Below are positions 8,330 to 17,635 of a DNA stretch of 33,230 nucleotides, in pieces; position 1 is the first letter of the stretch, and every line of letters begins with the position of its first letter. The stretch comes from a virus. Taxonomy: Duplodnaviria > Caudoviricetes. Location of the stretch: IMG/VR virus record IMGVR_UViG_3300021968_000003, positions 1 through 33,230 of that record; one strand, 5' to 3'. The translations under genes and the position numbers were made by a program. The notes beneath the pieces are model-generated. The model had not been told where the DNA came from and made no database searches. It saw nothing but the letters and a program-made list of their open reading frames with translations.

Positions 8330-8368
8330 GTGTGGAGCATAGCACATCATAACGCTATGTATGACAAC
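8330..8368 (-). promoter_or_regulatory. TA promoter/operator, probably giving a leaderless mRNA
   Basis: Extended -10 TGcTATGCT ending 6 nt before ATG 8329; inverted repeat CATAGC-N10-GCTATG (8338-8359). Confidence 0.55.
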
Positions 8369-8380
8369 TATATTTCACGC

Positions 8381-8422
8381 AAAAATATGCCCTTTCCGCC
8401 TGTGGCATCCTTGGGAAAGGGC
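8381..8422 (-). terminator. Intrinsic terminator of the late operon
   Basis: Stem GCCCTTTCC/GGAAAGGGC followed by ATATTTTT on the minus strand, just downstream of the holin-like gene. Confidence 0.75.
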
Positions 8423-8452
8423 TAATCAGAGAGGATGCAGCGTCTGCGCGCC

Positions 8453-8767
8453 TTACTCGATATGAACCTTATAGTTTTGTGCCGGCGTCCCGCTGGGTGT
8501 GGGGTTCTCGTGTGGGCTCGGATAGTCGCTGATCTTGGTCGCGGTCCCGTGGATGCCGGCTGCGGCCAGACCTATCAGGAGATAGGTGGCCAGCGTCGTC
8601 CAGGTGAACTCAAAGCGAAAGACCACAAACAATCCCACGGCCGTCAGTGTGGCATTGCCCAGAACGCCTCCCCAGCCATTTAGCAGGGGAAGAAACAACT
8701 TCGCCAGTTGCAGGGATCCCGCAACGATGACGGCCAGCAAGAGGATGCGTTCTGGATCGGTAAACAT
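8453..8767 (-). CDS. Holin-like multi-TM membrane protein
   Basis: Three hydrophobic segments, IGLAAAGIHG motif, hydrophilic C-tail; last gene of the late operon. Confidence 0.65.
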   Translation of the reverse strand: MFTDPERILLLAVIVAGSLQLAKLFLPLLNGWGGVLGNATLTAVGLFVVFRFEFTWTTLATYLLIGLAAAGIHGTATKISDYPSPHENPTPSGTPAQNYKVHIE

Positions 8768-8816
8768 AGGATCTCCAGATTTTAACTCGGTTCGGATTTA
8801 ACCAGACCTTCGGGGC

Positions 8817-11258
8817 TCAAACTCGCTTAGGGCTCCGTTGCTTCCGCTCATTCGTACTCTCCTCTTTTGCTTCTTCTACCGCCTGTAGAGTTGGTACGGA
8901 TGGCGGCTCCGCCTTCGCGGTGACTACTTCCAGTTTGTTTTCTCCGAAGCGCCTGACGGCGTTAACCTGCCACGCTACGGTTGCAATCGGCGCGGAAGAC
9001 TGAACGGTAAACTTGCCGCCAACTATGCGCGAAGCTGCAAGCATGGTAAGCACTGCCCCATCTTCAAATACCTGGGTGAGCTGTACGCTACGGTCTTCGG
9101 TGTAGGTCAATGCCTCGAAGTAATCGGGGAGTGTCACTTCTGCGGTGCCGTTCGCGGTCACAACTTCTCCGCGATAGTAGACTCCCCACTCCGGGCCTTC
9201 GAGACAGCTATGCACGAGGTCTTTGGTTTCATCGAGTGGATGCGGGATTCGGAAACTCTTACCGGCTGCGGTGATCGTACCGGCGCAAGTGATGTTTCCA
9301 TTCGTGTCAATGATGAGGGCATCTATCAGGTTGGCTGCATTGGCCGATGACACCCTGAGATGTATTGTTCCCCTGCCGCCACCAGCGCCGAAGGAATCCA
9401 GCGTAGTGGTATCTGCGCCCCATGCTAGGCGCGCACTTCCATTCACAACACCCGCGACGCCTGTAACTGTTACGCCTCCAAATACTGAGACGGATGCACC
9501 AAAAGCAGCGTTCGCGCCAACATCGAATTTAAGACTCTCTATTCCTCCCGATACATTCGCTGCCCACTGTCTGAACATCATCGTTGCGCGTGTTGCGTTG
9601 CTGCTTACCGCGTCAAATATCGTTTGGTCTCCAGTTGTACCAAGTCCAACCGAACTCACTCCGGTTGGAAAACCGGCTTGCCCTTTGATGTTCAGCCCTA
9701 ATTTGCCGGTGATGGATGAGGCAAACGTGTTTGCTCTATCAAGTAATGCCACGTTTGCGGGGTCGATTGAAGTTCCCCATGCGGTTCCGGTCGATACGCC
9801 TATACCTGCGCCTGGGTAGACGGTTGGCCCTGCGGGGCCGGTTGCGCCTTGTGGCCCTGTGGAGCCTGTTGCTCCTGTTGTGCCGGTGTCACCCTTAACC
9901 CCTTGTGGCCCTTGTGCCCCTGTCGCACCTATCGGGCCTTGTGGCCCTTGTGGGCCTGTTGGCCCAACAATTTTCCCGCCGTCTACCCATACCGCTCCAC
10001 CCCACGTCCATATGTGGCCGGTGTCTTGGGTGATATAGGCATCTCCAATGGTGTTGCCGGTAGGTGGCAGATTAGCCGCTGACGCTACGCTGCCTTTGAT
10101 TGCTACTCCTGCTCCTGCGGGGCCGGTGGCTCCGGTATCGCCTTTGGCTCCGGTTGGGCCTTGTGGCCCTGTGGCTCCTGCTGGCCCTGGGGCTCCTGCG
10201 GCTCCTGCGGGGCCGGTGTCGCCCTTTGGCCCCTGTGGGCCTTGATCCTGCGGGGTATTGGCATACGTGCGAACGGGGGAGCCATTAACCAGTACGTCTC
10301 CACCCTGTTCATTCAGGCGTATGGCCTGATCGAATCCGCCTCCTATTGTCCTGCCTTGCAGGTCGATAGTGTTTGTGGCGGCGAGGGCATTTATCTCTAA
10401 CCCTTTCGCGCCTGGGCCTTCGTCAATATCTCCCATCCACAAGTTGTATGTATTCGGGTCAGTTGCGCTTTTGAAGGCGCGTAGTGGCCCTGCGAATCTT
10501 CCCCGTAATGCGTGAACGCTACCGGCCTCGGTAATCTCCGCGTTCGCTCCAATCTGTACTAATCCGCCGTGGTAGTTGAGCCTTATGATTTGATCGTATG
10601 ACCCATTTATTGTCTCGCCTTGCAGGTCGATAGCTGCCTCTATTGGAACGCCTGTAACAGCCATCCCTCTTGCGCCATTCTGGTACGGTTCGCCTACCCA
10701 AAGATTGATTTCATTATTGAAGTTGAAGAGATACAGACCTTGCGGCATGAGGACGCGATAGTTGCCCACTCCTGGCTGTACTTCTCCGCGCATCAGGATA
10801 TGCGGTGCTTGCCCCTCTTGCTGAATCCCAAACTGGAAGGACGGTACATTCTGCCCTATCTTTCCGGTGGCTATGAGGTTGGCTGTACCTTGGCCGCTGG
10901 TGCCGTTCGGGTCGAATCCCATCTGTAGGCTTGCAGGTTGTGTTCCCGCTGGCCCATGAGCTATAAACGCTCCCTGATCGAAGTCCTTCGGAATATACCG
11001 CGTCCCGTTCCACTGCCATATCTGATTGTTGCCGGTGCGGTTGTCCCATAGCAGGATGCTGGCGTTGCCTCCGGTGACGGCGGCTATATCGTCGGCAACA
11101 TTAATGCCCTGCGTGATGACAACCGTTCCGTATCCAATCGTGTTGCGCGCGAAATCAACTCCAGCCTGGATGGTTTGGAGAGCACCGTTGCCTACCACAT
11201 AAAACGTAGTGTTTATCTGGTCGATTCCGATTGGTGCGGTGTGTGTGGTCGTCGCCAT
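8817..11258 (-). CDS. Tail fibre / receptor-binding protein with collagen-like segments
   Basis: Two Gly-X-Y tracts, beta-rich internal repeats, C-terminal [10 protein letters not shown]...[10 protein letters not shown]...YRG...LPDYF domain typical of fibre ends. Confidence 0.88.
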   Translation of the reverse strand: MATTTHTAPIGIDQINTTFYVVGNGALQTIQAGVDFARNTIGYGTVVITQGINVADDIAAVTGGNASILLWDNRTGNNQIWQWNGTRYIPKDFDQGAFIAHGPAGTQPASLQMGFDPNGTSGQGTANLIATGKIGQNVPSFQFGIQQEGQAPHILMRGEVQPGVGNYRVLMPQGLYLFNFNNEINLWVGEPYQNGARGMAVTGVPIEAAIDLQGETINGSYDQIIRLNYHGGLVQIGANAEITEAGSVHALRGRFAGPLRAFKSATDPNTYNLWMGDIDEGPGAKGLEINALAATNTIDLQGRTIGGGFDQAIRLNEQGGDVLVNGSPVRTYANTPQDQGPQGPKGDTGPAGAAGAPGPAGATGPQGPTGAKGDTGATGPAGAGVAIKGSVASAANLPPTGNTIGDAYITQDTGHIWTWGGAVWVDGGKIVGPTGPQGPQGPIGATGAQGPQGVKGDTGTTGATGSTGPQGATGPAGPTVYPGAGIGVSTGTAWGTSIDPANVALLDRANTFASSITGKLGLNIKGQAGFPTGVSSVGLGTTGDQTIFDAVSSNATRATMMFRQWAANVSGGIESLKFDVGANAAFGASVSVFGGVTVTGVAGVVNGSARLAWGADTTTLDSFGAGGGRGTIHLRVSSANAANLIDALIIDTNGNITCAGTITAAGKSFRIPHPLDETKDLVHSCLEGPEWGVYYRGEVVTANGTAEVTLPDYFEALTYTEDRSVQLTQVFEDGAVLTMLAASRIVGGKFTVQSSAPIATVAWQVNAVRRFGENKLEVVTAKAEPPSVPTLQAVEEAKEESTNERKQRSPKRV
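9826..10246 (-). repeat. Collagen-like Gly-X-Y coding repeats (two tracts flanking a small globular insert)
   Basis: [16 protein letters not shown]... and [16 protein letters not shown]...; 9-nt periodic DNA. Confidence 0.9.
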
Positions 11259-11270
11259 CGTCGTGCTCCT

Positions 11271-11402
11271 TTAGGTCTGATAAATCTTTGCGATGCACCA
11301 TCCGAGAAATGCCAGTATCAAAGCCAGTGCCCCCGCGAGGATCTTCATAAACATTCGCGTTGCTGGATCCTGGGGGTCATACTGGCCGTTTCGATATGGC
11401 AT
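11271..11402 (-). CDS. Unannotated 43-aa single-TM microprotein (MPYRNGQYDPQDPATRMFMKILAGALALILAFLGWCIAKIYQT)
   Basis: Translated by hand; GAGGTG SD; fills the gap up to the tail fibre SD. Confidence 0.65.
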   Translation of the reverse strand: MPYRNGQYDPQDPATRMFMKILAGALALILAFLGWCIAKIYQT

Positions 11403-11405
11403 CCG

Positions 11406-11486
11406 TCACCTCTTCACCGTCATCAACACAACGAGGAAGACTACAAAAGCAAGAGACATAATCACGCAAACCGCTAGGGCTCTCAT
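11406..11486 (-). CDS. Unannotated 26-aa hydrophobic peptide (MRALAVCVIMSLAFVVFLVVLMTVKR)
   Basis: TGATG overlap with the upstream stop; entirely one TM helix. Confidence 0.5.
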   Translation of the reverse strand: MRALAVCVIMSLAFVVFLVVLMTVKR

Positions 11487-11794
11487 CAAGGTTGGCTCCA
11501 GGTTCCGGGAATATCTGATTTCAGAATCCCTCCGGTGTCTGCAACAAAGCATTGGGTAGTCACGCTAAACGGCCGCGGATCCAGCGCGGAGCCGTTGCGA
11601 ATCGAGCTCCCCCAGCTAACCGTGTGGCGTCCCTTGTTGTTCTGTTTAAGGATGAAGACGTAAAGCTGTCCTGGCGTGATGTTCTTGACGCGGATCTTGC
11701 TTATAGAGGTCTCCATGCTGACCACAAAGGTTTCGCCGGCCAAGGCATCTATGACCATCGACTGTGCCGCGTCTACTTGTAGGAGTCTTCTCAT
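11486..11794 (-). CDS. Tail-associated beta-sandwich protein, paralog of the C-domain of the upstream gene
   Basis: PGQLYVFILKQNNKGRHTVSW...TTQCFVADTGG matches PGNLYTFIIVQDGVGGHTFAW...TIQTFVADENG; ATGA overlap at 11791-11794. Confidence 0.75.
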   Translation of the reverse strand: MRRLLQVDAAQSMVIDALAGETFVVSMETSISKIRVKNITPGQLYVFILKQNNKGRHTVSWGSSIRNGSALDPRPFSVTTQCFVADTGGILKSDIPGTWSQP

Positions 11795-12462
11795 TGCCAT
11801 GTTGCTGGGCCTACGGGCCACAGCGCTCCGTTCTCATCCGCCACAAAGGTCTGGATGGTAGTGGAGTTCGCAAAGGGATCAACCAGGACAGCGTTATGCA
11901 CGTTAGCCGGCCACGCGAAGGTATGGCCTCCCACTCCGTCCTGCACGATGATGAAGGTGTACAGGTTCCCCGGCTTCATGTTTGAAATAGCTGCGTTGCC
12001 TACATTGCCCGTGAGTGTCGCTTTAAACGAGATGTAGATTCCGTCACCTGGGAAGGTGACGTTATCCCCAGCTATTCCAAGATTCAGCAGCAGATTGGAC
12101 AGCAACGGCGGCAAGGGCGGCGGCGGCTGGTTCGGGTCGTAAGGATCTATGAGGTTGAGGTCATAGGTTCCCGGTACGCTCAGAAAACGATAGGCGTTGA
12201 CCTGGGCTATGTCGCCATTCTCATCCTTGATTGTCACCGTGTAATACGTTACTGCCGGCGATATCTCATCGTTCGGCGCAACTGTGAAGGTGAACGTGCC
12301 AGCGGCGTCAATGGTGATTGCATCATCCTGCAGCCGCGCAACCAGGGCAACTCCGTTGTGTCGCGGAACGCGGCTCCCGTACCCGCACAGCATTACCTCT
12401 ACCTGCCCTTTTACGGCGGCGGCGTTGATTGCGGATTGGAGTTTGCCTGTAACCGTGACCAT
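11791..12462 (-). CDS. Two-domain tail/fibre-associated structural protein
   Basis: Beta-rich domains joined by a poly-Pro linker; GAGGT SD before ATG 12462 (ORF open to 12480). Confidence 0.75.
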   Translation of the reverse strand: MVTVTGKLQSAINAAAVKGQVEVMLCGYGSRVPRHNGVALVARLQDDAITIDAAGTFTFTVAPNDEISPAVTYYTVTIKDENGDIAQVNAYRFLSVPGTYDLNLIDPYDPNQPPPPLPPLLSNLLLNLGIAGDNVTFPGDGIYISFKATLTGNVGNAAISNMKPGNLYTFIIVQDGVGGHTFAWPANVHNAVLVDPFANSTTIQTFVADENGALWPVGPATWQ

Positions 12463-12472
12463 TGCTCTTACC

Positions 12473-12898
12473 TCATCCAAAAAATGTCATCTGGCCTACT
12501 GTTGCAAGACGCGGGTGGCTTTCGGGATCGCTGAGAATCGTGTCCGTAAACCAGGGGCAATTGACGTTGTGGAGCTCTGCGTAATAAAGAGACTTCTGGC
12601 CTTGCTCGTTATTCACGGCCGAGTCGTCGGCGGTGCCGTAATACACATCGTCAATGCGGCGGAGCAAGTCTCTGAATCCTCCATCGCGCGGGTTTGGCTC
12701 CTGAATCGTGTGGACGGTTCCGCGAAATTCGTCGGCCGTGATGATGACTTTCAGCCAGTCGCCTCCCTGCCAGCCGGCCGCTACGCGGTTAGCGAGTACC
12801 TGGGCCACGGCAAGCATGGTGTCTGTGCCTCCGTGGTGGTAAGCCTCCTGCACCACAAAATCAGCGAGTTTACCTTTTACGTAACTCTCGTATGTCAC
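12473..12898 (-). CDS. SleB/CwlJ-like cell wall hydrolase (candidate endolysin)
   Basis: EA......MLAVAQVLANRV...W..VI...F and C-terminal TVGQMTFF pattern; GTG start overlapping the upstream stop (GTGA). Confidence 0.72.
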   Translation of the reverse strand: MTYESYVKGKLADFVVQEAYHHGGTDTMLAVAQVLANRVAAGWQGGDWLKVIITADEFRGTVHTIQEPNPRDGGFRDLLRRIDDVYYGTADDSAVNNEQGQKSLYYAELHNVNCPWFTDTILSDPESHPRLATVGQMTFFG

Positions 12899-13152
12899 TT
12901 GCTCTGCCCTCTCTTCGGGACCACAGACAGTTCTGCCGCGCAATACTGCTTTTGTTCTGTGGTTAGTTCGGGTGGCGAATTGGTAAGGAGAACATTGGGA
13001 GATAGCAGCGCGAGGCAATACGCTTGCGAAGTCATCGGGACACCCTGGGCCGCTGCAATCTTGTTAGCAAATCCCACATTGATAACCAGCATGTGGTGAT
13101 AGCAACCAAGTGTAGGGATCAGGAGAACGATGCTGGCGCCGGCCATCTTCAT
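12895..13152 (-). CDS. Putative lipoprotein, possibly a spanin component
   Basis: MK + hydrophobic stretch + TLGC lipobox-like motif; adjacent to the wall hydrolase. Confidence 0.5.
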   Translation of the reverse strand: MKMAGASIVLLIPTLGCYHHMLVINVGFANKIAAAQGVPMTSQAYCLALLSPNVLLTNSPPELTTEQKQYCAAELSVVPKRGQSK

Positions 13153-13859
13153 ACTCTCCCCCTGGCCTTGCGATAGTCCTCAAGCTGTTCGCGGTAGAGG
13201 AGGCTTACATCTCCCATGCTCACGGGGCCAAAGGCTCTATCCACTTCCTCCTCAGTCAAGACGCCTTCCTGAATCAAGCGCAACAGTGCCGTCCTCCACC
13301 CGCGAAATCTCTCCGAGGTCGGCACGTCAAATTCATCGAAGCGCATCAAACTCCACTCAGGACCGCGCGGATATTGGAGATACGTGACATATTTCACGGT
13401 TCGTACACCGTCCTGCCACACCCATGCCCAGATTCCAACCCGATCCATAATCACGTTGTCACCCAGCCAGAAGCGCGCGTTTGATAGATTGCGCTGCTTC
13501 TGCACGATCAATCTGGTTTTGTCGTCTGGCTCCCAGACATAATCCACGGCCGGCTCTATGCTGCAATTGATTCCTGCGTTTCTGAGTTTCTGAAAGACGG
13601 CATGAGGATGCAGGATGTTGACTAGACGGGCCTCTTCGTTCTCTTTCCCCATCCATCGCTCTTGCCCCTTCCATCGGTTCGGGGCGCGCGCGGCATAGTT
13701 CTCCGCAAATATGCGGCTCTCTTCGTCCATAAGCTGCTGGTTGTTGGTATCGACATAGGGCAACGGCTCCGCGACTACGGGCGTGGGTAGTTCCTCGTCG
13801 TAACTCATCTCGACGCGCTTCAGGTTGCTGCGGATCTCGCCGGCCAGTTGCTCACTCAT
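13149..13859 (-). CDS. Phage hypothetical protein
   Basis: 236 aa ORF, ATGA-coupled on both sides. Confidence 0.8.
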   Translation of the reverse strand: MSEQLAGEIRSNLKRVEMSYDEELPTPVVAEPLPYVDTNNQQLMDEESRIFAENYAARAPNRWKGQERWMGKENEEARLVNILHPHAVFQKLRNAGINCSIEPAVDYVWEPDDKTRLIVQKQRNLSNARFWLGDNVIMDRVGIWAWVWQDGVRTVKYVTYLQYPRGPEWSLMRFDEFDVPTSERFRGWRTALLRLIQEGVLTEEEVDRAFGPVSMGDVSLLYREQLEDYRKARGRV

Positions 13860-14230
13860 TTTGATCCCTTCTTCGGTGTCTCGTCTGCGATTACCTTTCC
13901 GTTCTTGTCAATCAATCTGTCGCCTTCCCAGTGTGGAGCGTCGGCGGGTGCGTACTTCGATTCGTTTGAAAACGTGTGGTGATATGGCGTCTTGTAGGTA
14001 TCGGGGAAATGTGGCCTGTTGTCGAACTGGCTTACCTTGGTCTTTCCCCCTCCCTGGCCGATTACGTTGTCCTTGTAGTAACCGCGCATATCGTAGTTAT
14101 TGTCTGAAGCGGAAAATGTTGGATCTGGTTTTTCGCTTGCCGTCTCGGATGGGATCTTGTTGGCTCTTACCCATGTTTGAAAATCCTTCTCCTGCTCTGG
14201 CGATAGCTTCGTTGCATAGGGGCTATCTAC
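13856..14230 (-). CDS. Hypothetical protein, 124 aa if initiated at a non-canonical GTA (77 aa from ATG 14089)
   Basis: Frame open 47 codons upstream of ATG 14089 (DSPYATKLSPEQEKDFQTWVRAN...); TAAGGAGG 6 nt before GTA 14230. Confidence 0.65.
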   Translation of the reverse strand, partial: VDSPYATKLSPEQEKDFQTWVRANKIPSETASEKPDPTFSASDNNYDMRGYYKDNVIGQGGGKTKVSQFDNRPHFPDTYKTPYHHTFSNESKYAPADAPHWEGDRLIDKNGKVIADETPKKGSK

Positions 14231-15893
14231 TTTCTGCCTCCTTATCTGAAGTGGACTGCTTCAGTACAGGTTGCGGGGATGGCTGGGCTTCCTGCCGATA
14301 TGCGTCATGCGCCCCAATAAAACTAGGGAGAATGACTGGGAACATCGCTTTAGTCACTTTCCCGTTTTTCGCAACGTCTTCAACAAAATCCGCGAACCCT
14401 GGATTTGTGGCCAGCCTATTGAGCAATAGCTTGCGCGTTGCGTTGATTGTGCCTTTCGGGAGTTTGCCGGCTGCTATAGCCTCGCCTCCCATCTCATCAA
14501 GTGCGGAGTTAAAGGCTTCGGCGTTTGGAACGGATTTAGTGAGGTCGGCAATCTTGGTTAGCGTATTTAGAGCATCGGGACCGATCGCATCCTTAACGGC
14601 CTGAGTTCCATATTTCATCTGCACACGATTCAATCCTGTGCGAAGTCTTGTACCTACTATGTTGCGCGGTACGTCCGCTCCTTTAGCTACGCCTTCATCC
14701 AAGTTGTCATAAGCTCTGTCGATCACATCTCCCACGGCATCATGGATAAAGCTCTTTGCGTAAGCGGCTTTTGTGGCGCGATAAACTTTTGGTCCCAGTT
14801 CGCGCGCGTGAGTCCTTAGCAGGTCATCCATATCCACCTGCAGAGAATCAACTAGCGAGTAGTCGCGGTTTTTGTATGCCTTCTTAATCTTCTGCTGCAG
14901 GTCTGCGAAATTGTTGCCGGTCTCTTCGTTGACTTTGGTATAGAAGTGCTCTTTTGCAGCGTCCTTGATAGCGTCTCCGCTCTGGCTGTAGCTCTCAACC
15001 CCCTGGGCGTACTGCTCTGGGTCAAAGTCAAGGTGTTCGCTCAAATCATCTAGCGTCTTTTTTGCGCTCTCATTGGCGAGATTCTTTACGGCCTGTTTAC
15101 TGGCAGCTTGTTGCTGACGCGCAATCACGGGCTGCTCGCCAATAGTCGTTACTTTCGCCGCAAGTGGATCCGGTTCTGATCCCTGCGAGGCGAGGATTGG
15201 GGCTTTCTCTCCAGCAAGATTCACCTCTCCCGGCCGAATCCTCTCCGTAACATCTCCCGCATATCTCTCTGTGCGTCCTAATCCGCCTCCTATCAGGGTC
15301 GCCACTCCTGCCCCTATTGCGGCTTCTCCTGGCGTTGCTCCATGCTCCAACTCTTGCGCTCCGGTGACGGCTCCCTGTCGCAATCCGATAGTCAAAGCCT
15401 TCGCTGCTGCTGGGTGTTCTGCAGCTATGTTTAGGAAGGACTGGACACCTTTCAACCTTGATAGATAACTACCTTTGAATAAGGGTAGGAGTTTCGTTCC
15501 CAGCCACTCCAGTTCCTTATCTCCAAACGCATATTCCCCAGCCTGTTCCCCAAATCCGCCTATCATTTTTCCAGCTGTATCAAGTGGCTGGGCGGCCTCC
15601 CGCTGCAATACTTCGGGGGGATGAGACAGGCTTAATCCTTCGGGCTGCAATATGCGGGGTAGATGCGCCATCCCTTGCGATGCCATCGTGCTTGCACCTT
15701 CGCGCAAGTCGCTAAAAAAACCCTGCTCGGATGGCTTCGGTATTACTACGCCAGCGTCCTGCGCTTGCTGTGCGGCGGTATCTTCCACGGTTGCGCCTGG
15801 GGGAAGTCCTGACGCCTGACCGTTGCCCACTGGCGGTGCTGCTGCTGGTTCCGGTGCTGCTGCTACGCTGGCTCCTGGGGGTAGAGGCATCAC
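14223..15893 (-). CDS. Probable internal virion / DNA ejection protein
   Basis: Large Ala/Gly-rich helical protein, LPPGA repeats at the N-terminus, hydrophobic AAIGAGVATLIGGGLG segment; podovirus synteny. Confidence 0.6.
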   Translation of the reverse strand: MMPLPPGASVAAAPEPAAAPPVGNGQASGLPPGATVEDTAAQQAQDAGVVIPKPSEQGFFSDLREGASTMASQGMAHLPRILQPEGLSLSHPPEVLQREAAQPLDTAGKMIGGFGEQAGEYAFGDKELEWLGTKLLPLFKGSYLSRLKGVQSFLNIAAEHPAAAKALTIGLRQGAVTGAQELEHGATPGEAAIGAGVATLIGGGLGRTERYAGDVTERIRPGEVNLAGEKAPILASQGSEPDPLAAKVTTIGEQPVIARQQQAASKQAVKNLANESAKKTLDDLSEHLDFDPEQYAQGVESYSQSGDAIKDAAKEHFYTKVNEETGNNFADLQQKIKKAYKNRDYSLVDSLQVDMDDLLRTHARELGPKVYRATKAAYAKSFIHDAVGDVIDRAYDNLDEGVAKGADVPRNIVGTRLRTGLNRVQMKYGTQAVKDAIGPDALNTLTKIADLTKSVPNAEAFNSALDEMGGEAIAAGKLPKGTINATRKLLLNRLATNPGFADFVEDVAKNGKVTKAMFPVILPSFIGAHDAYRQEAQPSPQPVLKQSTSDKEAESR

Positions 15894-17623
15894 TTACCTC
15901 CCTGGGTTATGGGCTGATAGTCGTTCCCTGCTGCATCTGCGGAATGGCCAATAGTCGCGCCACTTTTATCTTTAACCCTGAACCTTCCCGCTGGTATCGT
16001 CGGCTCTTGCGGTTTTACTCCGCCTTCGCCTGGGGTGATGCCTCTTGCTGTGGCGAGATTGCCCATCGTATTTACGATTTCCTGGCGCTGCTCTGGGGCA
16101 AACCATGTGCCATGCAGTTCGTGATAAGCGCGCCCCTTAAGTGATCCCATCCAGCTACGCGCATTGATGAGCATGCTTTGTTGTGGCCCTGACATGCGGA
16201 ATCCGGAGCTGGGTTTAGCCAACTCAAAGTATTTATCCATCAGGGCTTCATCACCCGATCCGGTAAACGCTTTTGGGTTCTGTGCTCCCTGCCCCATATA
16301 AAGATCCGCATACTCCATCGCATCTCTAGCTGGCTTCGTCGCCTTTTCTACGGCGGCATCCTGTTTGGCCTTGGTTCCAAGTTTGTTAATGTTGTCTGGA
16401 GCATTAACCATTTGCGTTGGGTTTTTGCTGTTGTAGAAAACGGTTTTTCCGTCTTTATCCTCCCCAATTACCCAGGTCGGCTCCGCTCCGCCTGTCTCCT
16501 TCAGCCGCTCTTTACTCTTCTGTATTTCCTTCGTCGCCTCGTCCAAAGCCTTCACGGGGTCATTCGGCAATAGCTTGTTCCATTTGGCTATGATTGCCCC
16601 ATCTTGGGTGGTAGGCGTCTTCTCGCGGTCAGTCCTCGCCTTCGCCTGTTCGTTCCTGAACGCTTCGCTTGTTATCTTGTCGTTGGCGGCTTGCTGCCCC
16701 ATCGTTCGCTTGAAGTAATCCGAATACTTTTCTCCTGCTGGCGCGATATGTTCCGTCTTTACCGTCTTCGTCTTGTCGTCGGGGTCAAGCGATAGGGAGA
16801 ACCAAGGAGTAGTGCTTGTGGTTCTCTGATTACCGGCTGTGCCTGGGATATTCCAGAAGTTCGCTCCACCTTTGCCGTTCGGCTCCACAAATACATTGCC
16901 TTCCATGTGGGCTTTCATTGATTTCGGGTCGGCTATCCCCCTCTGTGCAAGGTCCTTGGGATCGCTCACGTTCATGGCTATAGGTGTCGCGCCCATTTCA
17001 TCCAGAGTTTTTGCGTGATTCAATGCCCGTTCTGCCTGTTCGTCGGCATACTTTTGGGGAAGATTCTTGTAGTTCCATGCGTTTATTACGTTGTCCTGAT
17101 TCAGCTTCACCATCTGCGCCTGGTGGAGTACCTGTTTATCAGCGTCTTCCTGTCGCTCTTTATTAACCTGTAATCCATACTCTGTGCCGGCTGCTGCACC
17201 CTTAAATGCTCCTCCTGGGCCTCGTGAATTGGCTGCTCCCTGTGCCGCTCCTCCGAGGGCTGCGGCCGCTATGCGGGACCACTTCTCTCCGGTAGTGGAG
17301 GGATCGTGGGTCATGGTCACATTTCCATCCTTATCCTTGGTCACATGGATGGTGGTATCGCCTCCCAGAATCCCTCCAACTTTATCCAGAATGTTGCGCC
17401 ATGTTGACTCGTGATAGCTGCGCTCAATGTCGGGATTATTGGGTGCGGTTTCGCTGGGAATAGAGGTGGGATATGAGGGGTCAATCGTGGCCATCGGCTC
17501 GGCTGCGGCGGGTGCTGCGGCGGGTGCTGCAGGGGCCGCAACCATAGCATCCGGGGGAACGGTATTGCCGGGGTTCCACGTAGGGTCCGGGGGTGCCAAC
17601 ATTGCCAGTGGATCGTTCTCCAT
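15890..17623 (-). CDS. Probable internal virion / DNA ejection protein
   Basis: Pro/Ala-rich N-terminus, AAAALGGAAQGAA stretch; synteny. Confidence 0.6.
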   Translation of the reverse strand: MENDPLAMLAPPDPTWNPGNTVPPDAMVAAPAAPAAAPAAAEPMATIDPSYPTSIPSETAPNNPDIERSYHESTWRNILDKVGGILGGDTTIHVTKDKDGNVTMTHDPSTTGEKWSRIAAAALGGAAQGAANSRGPGGAFKGAAAGTEYGLQVNKERQEDADKQVLHQAQMVKLNQDNVINAWNYKNLPQKYADEQAERALNHAKTLDEMGATPIAMNVSDPKDLAQRGIADPKSMKAHMEGNVFVEPNGKGGANFWNIPGTAGNQRTTSTTPWFSLSLDPDDKTKTVKTEHIAPAGEKYSDYFKRTMGQQAANDKITSEAFRNEQAKARTDREKTPTTQDGAIIAKWNKLLPNDPVKALDEATKEIQKSKERLKETGGAEPTWVIGEDKDGKTVFYNSKNPTQMVNAPDNINKLGTKAKQDAAVEKATKPARDAMEYADLYMGQGAQNPKAFTGSGDEALMDKYFELAKPSSGFRMSGPQQSMLINARSWMGSLKGRAYHELHGTWFAPEQRQEIVNTMGNLATARGITPGEGGVKPQEPTIPAGRFRVKDKSGATIGHSADAAGNDYQPITQGGK

Positions 17624-17635
17624 AACGCCTCTCTT

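Noticed and set aside
9826-10246. Periodic DNA repeats as CRISPR or tandem-repeat array
   Set aside because: Explained by Gly-X-Y collagen codons; no constant repeat with unique spacers
8817-12480. Diversity-generating retroelement acting on the tail fibre
   Set aside because: No reverse transcriptase and no near-identical TR/VR pair differing at adenines was seen; duplications are diverged at protein level
12899-13018. N-terminal 40 codons of ORF 12473..13018
   Set aside because: Overlap the lipoprotein gene; the GTGA junction at 12895-12898 is the more plausible start
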